Part shown: one piece after another, positions 57,707 through 64,000 of the stretch
Position numbering within the stretch: position 1 is the first letter of the stretch
Layout: each line of letters begins with the position of its first letter
Source: Patescibacteria group bacterium
GTDB lineage: Bacteria > Patescibacteriota > Patescibacteriia > UBA9570
Reading direction: 5' to 3'
Assembly: GCA_041665365.1 (NCBI GenBank)
Contig: JBAYIY010000005.1
Span: 5,946-69,945 of the forward strand
Length of the DNA stretch: 64,000 nucleotides
The notes under the pieces: model-generated
Databases searched by the model: none
The model's input: only the letters and a program-made list of their open reading frames with translations
Told to the model about the DNA's origin: nothing
Program-made: the position numbers and the translations under genes

Positions 57707-58320
57707 TATTGTAGATAGCGTCTAATATAAACCAGTACCAACGCTAATATCCAACCGGCGATTAAAGCTGCCACAGTAATTAATGTCACATTAGTTTCTT
57801 GATACACTACCACCGGCGTGAAGGCTTTTAATGCAAATAAACTGTGATTATTAGTATCCAATTGCGCGTCAGTTACTTCACGGGCTAATACCTTAGTCAT
57901 GGCATTAGCTAAATTAGTGGCCTCGTCAGAATAATACCGGCTGAAGGTAACAGTAAACTCTTGCGATGAATCTTGATCGGTGCGAAATTGACTGGTGAAT
58001 TGAGAAACATTGTCAATGGTATAGCCTAAACCAGCCGTCTCATAAATTTTACTAATCACAGCCGGGCTGCGCAGTAAACTCATGACATGTTGCGTGAATA
58101 ACTCGGCGCCTTTGAGATCGTAATACGAACCATATTGATAATCTGATGTCGGTGAACGATTAACCAATTTTAATTCGTAACTCTGAATAGCTTTATAAGT
58201 AGACGGTCGTTTACTGGCTATCCCAAAAGCCACCACGGCCACAACCACGCCAAACAGAATAATAAATATGATGGAGTGACGAATTAGTGAGATATGATCT
58301 TTTAAATGTGTGGTTGACAT
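57706..58320 (-). CDS. Wzz/CpsC-like polysaccharide co-polymerase
   Basis: Two terminal TM helices flanking an extracytoplasmic loop; lies within the glycan cluster. Confidence 0.6.
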   Translation of the reverse strand: MSTTHLKDHISLIRHSIIFIILFGVVVAVVAFGIASKRPSTYKAIQSYELKLVNRSPTSDYQYGSYYDLKGAELFTQHVMSLLRSPAVISKIYETAGLGYTIDNVSQFTSQFRTDQDSSQEFTVTFSRYYSDEATNLANAMTKVLAREVTDAQLDTNNHSLFALKAFTPVVVYQETNVTLITVAALIAGWILALVLVYIRRYLQ

Positions 58321-58337
58321 AGCCTTATAGTAACGAA

Positions 58338-59438
58338 TCAATGATTAAGTGTAAACTCACGATAGGCGTTTTCCACGTACGCCTTAATTTTTGTTTGAAA
58401 TTGTTCAGTGGAAAAAGTTAGAGCAAAATCACGAATTGTCTGTGGCTGGTATTTAGTATGATCAAACCGAATGACCATGTCAGCCAAATCTTCCCAGGTT
58501 TGATAGTCGAAAAACTCGCCCGTCACACCAGGCTGAACAATTTCTTGCGCCCCACCGGCGCGATAGGCAATAATTGGTCGCCCTGAGGCCATTGCTTCAA
58601 CCATGGTAATACCAAAATCCTCGATTTGTGGATTAATAAAAGCCATACAACCTTGATATAGTTTAGCTAACTCAGCATCATCAACCCGACCAACGAATAC
58701 AATATTATCACTAGCCAAAGCACGCAAATGATCCAGTTCTGGACCGGTGCCAAAAACAACCAACTTGCGGCCTAAATGTTTAAAGGCTTCCACTACCAAA
58801 TCAAACCGTTTGTACGCCACAATGCGGCCACCGGTTAAAAAATAATCTTTCACCTCACCAATACTAAATTGTTTATTATCAACTGGCGGATAAATAATCG
58901 GCGCCGTTTTATGATAATATTTATTGATGCGGTTACGCACCAAGGTTGAATTAGCCAAAAACTGATCCACACGATCAGCGGCTAATTTATCCCACATCCG
59001 CACATACGTTAAAAAGAACGGCAAGAAACGTTTTACTAACCAGTTGACCTCTAATTCTTGCACATAATCGTGCGTATCACTCCATAAATAACGCGTGGGA
59101 GTATGACAATAACAAATATGTAATGTATCAGGCCGGGTGATAACACCCTTGGCAAAAGAGGCTGTGCTGGAAAGAATCACATCATATTCCATCAAATCAT
59201 AACTTTCCACAGCACTGGGCATGACTGGGAAAAACCACTGATAATGTTTTACGCCACCTGGCCAATGCTGCAAAAATGACGTCCGAATATCTTTATCCCG
59301 AAACGCGGCATTGGCGGCTTGTTTGTTATGCACTAACACATAAGTCGGCGCTTCCGGCCAAATTTGTTGAAAGGCGGCTAAGACTTTTTCGGCACCACCG
59401 TCTTGAGCCAGATGATCATGCACTAAGGCTAATTTCAT
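58338..59438 (-). CDS. Glycosyltransferase family 4 (WbaZ-like)
   Basis: ALVHDHL..GGAEKV, YCHTPTRY.W, EDFGITMVEAMASG. Confidence 0.93.
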   Translation of the reverse strand: MKLALVHDHLAQDGGAEKVLAAFQQIWPEAPTYVLVHNKQAANAAFRDKDIRTSFLQHWPGGVKHYQWFFPVMPSAVESYDLMEYDVILSSTASFAKGVITRPDTLHICYCHTPTRYLWSDTHDYVQELEVNWLVKRFLPFFLTYVRMWDKLAADRVDQFLANSTLVRNRINKYYHKTAPIIYPPVDNKQFSIGEVKDYFLTGGRIVAYKRFDLVVEAFKHLGRKLVVFGTGPELDHLRALASDNIVFVGRVDDAELAKLYQGCMAFINPQIEDFGITMVEAMASGRPIIAYRAGGAQEIVQPGVTGEFFDYQTWEDLADMVIRFDHTKYQPQTIRDFALTFSTEQFQTKIKAYVENAYREFTLNH

Positions 59439-60862
59439 AGAGCTTTACGTTTTTGCAATAAAATAAAGGGCGTCTTAAAAATAATATATAAATCTAATAT
59501 AATGCTCCAATTCTCCATGTAATAAGTATCTAATCTGATTTCATCAATAAACTCTAGGTCTGAGCGTCCGGAAATTTGCGCCATGCCGGTAACACCTGGC
59601 TTCATACTTAAAATTGATTTTTGGGCATCGGCATATTTTTCTACCTCGCGCGGTTGATGTGGGCGTGGGCCAACTACACTCATCTCCCCTTTTAATACAT
59701 TAATGAACTGAGGAAACTCATCTAAAGATAATTGTCGAATAATCCGTCCAACTCTGGTCACCCGTGGATCATCTTTAATTTTATAAACCGGGCCAGCTTT
59801 AATACTCTGTTCAGCAATTAATTTTTTTTCTAAGTCTAACGCTTCAGCATTGTGGCTATATTGCTCCCCGATACAATATTCTTGTTTCATGGAACGAAAT
59901 TTCAATGTATCAAAAAGTTTACCTTGTTCACCAACGCGCCGATTGCGATATATGACATTACCCGGTGAATCTAATTTCACAGCCAGCGCTGTTAATAACA
60001 TAATTGGACCAAACACAAGCAAAGCCAGTAAAGAAAATATTACATCAATCGTCCGTTTAAATATTTTACCCCAACCTTGCAACGGTGTGCGCTGCAATTC
60101 CATTAAGGGAATATCCGCTACCGGTCGCATCACTACATGAGATAATTTACTATCAAAAATATCCGCCGCATATTTGAACGCCAAATGATGGGTTTTACTG
60201 AAATCAATCAATTGCACAATTTGTTGTCGGGATAAATCTTGATCGGCCACAATAATTTCATCGATTTGTTTGACGCGCACAATCTTTTTTAATTTCTCAA
60301 CAATATCGGTGGAGAGGTGTTGGGCTCGTTCTACTACGACATAACCTAAAGTTGGACTGGTACGAAAAGCCTTATCTAAAATAGCCGCTGAGCGCGAGGC
60401 ACCCAGCAATAACACGCGATGTACCCCAATTCCCCGTTTGAACAAAGCCCGTTCCACTAAAATAACTACCAAACGAGCGCCTGATACTAATACGATGCTG
60501 ATTATCCAAGTTAATAAAATAATATAACGAGACGAAAATAAATCACGGTTAAAAAATAACACGATCATGATGATGAGTATTCCGGTGGAACTAGCTAGAA
60601 CAATTTTTCGTAATTCATCAACAATCCGTCTGGTGCCGGTTGTTTCATACATACCGTTCCAAGCAAAGATAACCACCATCAAGAACGCGCTAATAAACAA
60701 TAGCTTAATAAAATCCGTGTAAGGCAACGGATATTGTACGGCTCTAATACCGGTGACAAAATTCAAAAACCGGCTGTTGTAACTTAACCAACCAGATAAA
60801 ACTACTAAACAGTAGTCCAAAGGCACTAAGATACCTGCGATAATTAATTCGATTCTTTTCAT
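59435..60862 (-). CDS. Polyprenyl-phosphate sugar-1-phosphate transferase (WcaJ/WbaP-like)
   Basis: KRTID, KFRSM, DDPRVTRVG, SLDEFPQFINVLKGEMSVVGPRP, KPGVTGMAQISGRS. Confidence 0.93.
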   Translation of the reverse strand: MKRIELIIAGILVPLDYCLVVLSGWLSYNSRFLNFVTGIRAVQYPLPYTDFIKLLFISAFLMVVIFAWNGMYETTGTRRIVDELRKIVLASSTGILIIMIVLFFNRDLFSSRYIILLTWIISIVLVSGARLVVILVERALFKRGIGVHRVLLLGASRSAAILDKAFRTSPTLGYVVVERAQHLSTDIVEKLKKIVRVKQIDEIIVADQDLSRQQIVQLIDFSKTHHLAFKYAADIFDSKLSHVVMRPVADIPLMELQRTPLQGWGKIFKRTIDVIFSLLALLVFGPIMLLTALAVKLDSPGNVIYRNRRVGEQGKLFDTLKFRSMKQEYCIGEQYSHNAEALDLEKKLIAEQSIKAGPVYKIKDDPRVTRVGRIIRQLSLDEFPQFINVLKGEMSVVGPRPHQPREVEKYADAQKSILSMKPGVTGMAQISGRSDLEFIDEIRLDTYYMENWSIILDLYIIFKTPFILLQKRKAL

Positions 60863-60880
60863 GAAGTGATATTGCTACCA

Positions 60881-61233
60881 ACTCAAGTTGATCGATAAGC
60901 CGAATTCTGTCGTGGATGGCTATCTCTCTAGGCGAGCGACCAACCAGATTCGAGCAATTGCTTACCGCATCTGGAAATTTGCTCTTGCACCAAGAAGGGT
61001 TTACCACACAGTTATGTCACCATAACTGGAACAGTGTAGCCTTGCGACACCACTGTACTTTTCACCTTTCCCCTAAACTCAGCTCGCGCTGCGCTCAGGG
61101 TAGTATTGTCTCTGTGGCACTTTCCCTAACCTCACGGTTGGTTGCCGTTAGCAACTTCTTTTTTTGCTGGTGTTCGGACTTTCCTCCCAACTACGCCAAG
61201 GCTTCGTCGGGCAGCCATCTAATCAACTTGAGT
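60881..61233 (-). ncRNA. rnpB: RNase P RNA (bacterial, type A-like)
   Basis: Minus strand has GAGGAAAGUCC, AGUGCCACAGAGAC, GGUAAACCC and GACAGAAUUCGGCUUAU; P1 ends ACUCAAGUUGAU/AUCAACUUGAGU are complementary. Confidence 0.95.
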
Positions 61234-61250
61234 GCCTGGATTGTGCCAAG

Positions 61251-61667
61251 TTATGAGGATTTTGTCAACGCCTCATCAATGGCTTCATTCACTAACCGAT
61301 CAGCGTCTTTATTATATTCTCGCCGCACATGGGTAAAAGTAACCTTGTGGAATTTGGTGGTGAGATTCCACACTTTAAGAAATAGTTTTTGTAATTCCGG
61401 ATTTTTCACTTTATACTCACGCTTTAATTGTTTGACAGCTAATTCTGAATCCATAAAAAACTTGATCTCTTGTAATTGTGGATGATCTTGTTGATAAGCC
61501 ACGGCGGCTTCTAGCGCCAATATAATGGCAGTATACTCAGCTTGATTATTGGTAGCGTGACCCAAATATTTTTTAAATTCACCCAATTCAGGGCTATAAG
61601 CTCCACTAGCAGCCGGGCCAGGATTGCCGCGCGCACCACCGTCGGTAAAAAATGTAATAGTTGTCAT
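61251..61667 (-). CDS. rnhA: Ribonuclease HI
   Basis: TDGGARGNPGPA, TNNQAEY, DSEL..KQ, HVRREYNKDADRLVN. Confidence 0.93.
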   Translation of the reverse strand: MTTITFFTDGGARGNPGPAASGAYSPELGEFKKYLGHATNNQAEYTAIILALEAAVAYQQDHPQLQEIKFFMDSELAVKQLKREYKVKNPELQKLFLKVWNLTTKFHKVTFTHVRREYNKDADRLVNEAIDEALTKSS

Positions 61668-63085
61668 AAGTGTGCAGTGATATATTTTAAAACCATAGTT
61701 TCAGTATACAACTCAACCGGCGCTCGATTATCGGTTAAAACTTGGCGCGCTTGGCTGGGTGAAAAAGATGTAAAACCAGCATGAGAAAAATCTTGCCGTG
61801 ACGCTACCACAACATAGTTAAGCGAGTTCGGTACTGGTTTAATATACACGTACGGATACACCTGTTGCATGGTAGTCAACATAGTTTCAAATAACAGGGT
61901 ATGTTCACTAGTACTACCAATATTCATCGCCACTAAACCATTAGTGGGTTGTCGGGCGGCTAATTCCTCAAAAAACTCAACCGTCGTCATGTGCCAGGGA
62001 ATGTAATACTCATTAGTAAACACATCCATATAAATAATATCGTATTGTTGATCGGTGAATTTAATAAATTGCCGCCCATCGGCTATAACAATATTGATCG
62101 GTTGGTCATCCAAATGAAAGTATTTTTTTGCCACTCCTACTATTGCCGGATCAATTTCCACACCGGTGAGATGTAATGCCGGATACAGTGTAGTTAATTC
62201 ACGCGTTAATGTTCCTCCGGCTAAACCTAACACTAAAGTATTGTTTGGTTGTTCTAATAACTCTGGCACCTGCGCTAGATAATCATAATAACTATCAGTG
62301 TTTATCCCCTCTTTCATATAATAAGATTGCGTGCCTAAACCTTCATTGTACTGCAATAAATACCGATCCGGTTCTTCACTGACAACATAATATTGATAAT
62401 AAGTTTCACCTTGTTCAATAATATTTGTTTCGGCGCGTACGGGTATAGCGTAAAAAATTAGATACAAAACTATTGGTAATAATATTACTGGAATATATTT
62501 TATCTGGCGCAAACTTATCACTCCAATCAACGCCAATGAGAGAGCTGATAGATAAATAGTTTCTCTACTACCTAATAATGGCACGACTAAAAAAGCACTA
62601 CCAAACGTACCTAAAATACTTCCCATAGTAGACCAGGCATACAATGAACCAGCCGTAGCACCGGCGGTATTAATGTTAGATGTGGCCAGGCGAATCATAA
62701 ATGGGCTAACCATACCGAGTAAAAAAATCGGCAGGGCAAATAGGATTACTATTACCACGAACGAACCAATAATACTAAAAGCTAAACCAAACGTGAGGGG
62801 TCGAACCAAAAGATTGGTCATCACCGGTATTAAACTACTGGCGATACTGGCCAATAACACTAATAGACTAACCGTTTTTATATTTGGATAACGATCGGCT
62901 AATTTTCCGCCAACATAATAACCCAGTGAGAGTGCCATTAACACCACGCCGATAATATTTCCCCAGACAAAAATGGAGCTACCAAAAAATGGTGCCAATA
63001 AGCGCGAGGCGGCAAACTCCAACATCATCACGGCAGCCCCACACACAAACACATAAATGTTATAACCAAACTGTTTAGTGGTCAT
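61664..63085 (-). CDS. Fused membrane domain / spermidine synthase-like protein
   Basis: N-terminal TMs (RLLAPFFGSS..WG); LVLGLAGG, VEIDP, DGR.F, D.F, LTDNRAPVE. Confidence 0.88.
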   Translation of the reverse strand: MTTKQFGYNIYVFVCGAAVMMLEFAASRLLAPFFGSSIFVWGNIIGVVLMALSLGYYVGGKLADRYPNIKTVSLLVLLASIASSLIPVMTNLLVRPLTFGLAFSIIGSFVVIVILFALPIFLLGMVSPFMIRLATSNINTAGATAGSLYAWSTMGSILGTFGSAFLVVPLLGSRETIYLSALSLALIGVISLRQIKYIPVILLPIVLYLIFYAIPVRAETNIIEQGETYYQYYVVSEEPDRYLLQYNEGLGTQSYYMKEGINTDSYYDYLAQVPELLEQPNNTLVLGLAGGTLTRELTTLYPALHLTGVEIDPAIVGVAKKYFHLDDQPINIVIADGRQFIKFTDQQYDIIYMDVFTNEYYIPWHMTTVEFFEELAARQPTNGLVAMNIGSTSEHTLLFETMLTTMQQVYPYVYIKPVPNSLNYVVVASRQDFSHAGFTSFSPSQARQVLTDNRAPVELYTETMVLKYITAHL

Positions 63086-63999
63086 AACCAATCTTCCACC
63101 ATAAATTGTAAATCCTTTCGATCATTCCAAACATTCATACCGATATGACCCACTAAATTAATTTTATCTCCTAAATGTAGCTGTTCAGCTTTATCGCCAT
63201 AACCAAACGCAATTACTTTAAGTTGATACTTGTCATCACCCAACACTAATCTAAGATGATTTTGTTTTTGACCCAACACTTGAAAATCCTTTACTGGCAC
63301 ATCATTTAATTTAAATAATGGTTCCCGATTCCCCTCGCCCCAGGGCTCAAGTTGTTGTAATTGCTCAAAGAAATCCCAAGTCACTTCTGATACAGTTAGT
63401 TCGGCTGCCAGTTCGATAACATGTTCGGTCGGTAAAGCCGCTAATTGATCTGCTACAGTAATTAAAAACTGTTTACTAAAAATGTCACGCGTCACATCTG
63501 ATAATAAACTAAAACCACAGGCCATGGCATGGCCACCATAACTAGCAAACTTATCTGACATGCGTTGTAAAGTATGAATCAAATCAACTCCAGGGACACT
63601 GCGCCCAGATCCAAACACTTTGCCTTGATTCAACGTCATAACAAAGGCCGGTTTGTGAAATTTAGAAACCAGTTTTCCCGCTACTAGTCCAATTAAACCA
63701 ATTGGCCAAGCGTCTGCAAAAACAAATACTACCGGCTGATCGGTTTGTGTGTCAGCTTGCAGTTTAGCCTCTTGATACATCGTCTCGGTTTGCTCCTGAC
63801 GAGACGTGTTCGTATCAGATAAATTTTGTGCTTCTAATGTAGCTTGCTCAGTAGATTCAGCTAACAACAGCGCCACGGCCATATTAGCATGATCAATTCT
63901 ACCCGCCGCATTGATCCAAGGCCCAATTTTGAAAGCAATACTACCGGTGGTTACCAGTGCAGCTGGTTTATGCGTTGCCGCAATCAAAGCTTGTAAACC
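63082..63999 (-). CDS. recJ: ssDNA exonuclease RecJ (partial; 5' part outside the window)
   Basis: IGP.INAAGR, GSGRS, GGHAMACG, LEPWGEGNREP; frame open to the window edge. Confidence 0.93.
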   Translation of the reverse strand, partial: GLQALIAATHKPAALVTTGSIAFKIGPWINAAGRIDHANMAVALLLAESTEQATLEAQNLSDTNTSRQEQTETMYQEAKLQADTQTDQPVVFVFADAWPIGLIGLVAGKLVSKFHKPAFVMTLNQGKVFGSGRSVPGVDLIHTLQRMSDKFASYGGHAMACGFSLLSDVTRDIFSKQFLITVADQLAALPTEHVIELAAELTVSEVTWDFFEQLQQLEPWGEGNREPLFKLNDVPVKDFQVLGQKQNHLRLVLGDDKYQLKVIAFGYGDKAEQLHLGDKINLVGHIGMNVWNDRKDLQFMVEDWL

Positions 64000-64000
64000 T

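Noticed and set aside
60916-61485. 189 aa + strand ORF
   Set aside because: Antisense to RNase P RNA and RNase HI; no protein-like features
97-63091. Numerous short antisense or nested ORFs in the ORF track
   Set aside because: They lie within well-supported genes on the other strand or frame and show no recognisable motifs
1-64000. Alternative genetic code (UGA = Gly) or selenoproteins
   Set aside because: Conserved genes are intact under code 11, and TGA serves as a normal stop, including in ATGA overlaps

Overview
This 64 kb window is a gene-dense bacterial chromosomal segment using the standard genetic code. Its gene content points to Patescibacteria/CPR (inference): DUF4012 glycan cluster, sigma-R4/HTH protein with a TraD/VirD4-like ATPase, TrmB-like regulator, FG-GAP proteins and many apparently leaderless genes. 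Housekeeping content includes a MacAB-like ABC exporter, pduO, queG, secDF, secA, hpf, murB/murC/folC/murG/ftsW, lepA, murJ, a glycosyltransferase cluster, RNase P RNA, RNase HI and a partial recJ. The most unusual feature is a co-oriented array (6.4-16.0 kb) of five ~520-560 aa cysteine-rich paralogs. Each has zinc-ribbon pairs at both ends and two divergent Cys-repeat cores, and their ends share near-identical DNA patches in a mosaic pattern. A TrmB-like regulator and a Phd/RelE toxin-antitoxin pair are embedded in the array, which lies downstream of a coupling-protein-like ATPase and a ~915 aa orphan. Other observations: two palindromic REP/BoxC-like elements read in frame inside the ATPase tail; two Fic-wHTH genes each preceded by its own triple 11-bp repeat; a diverged ~50 bp direct repeat flanking an FN3 gene; a parvulin-like insert in SecD; and two small ORFs missed by the ORF track. 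No CRISPR array, tRNA, rRNA, integrase, transposase or reverse transcriptase was recognised.
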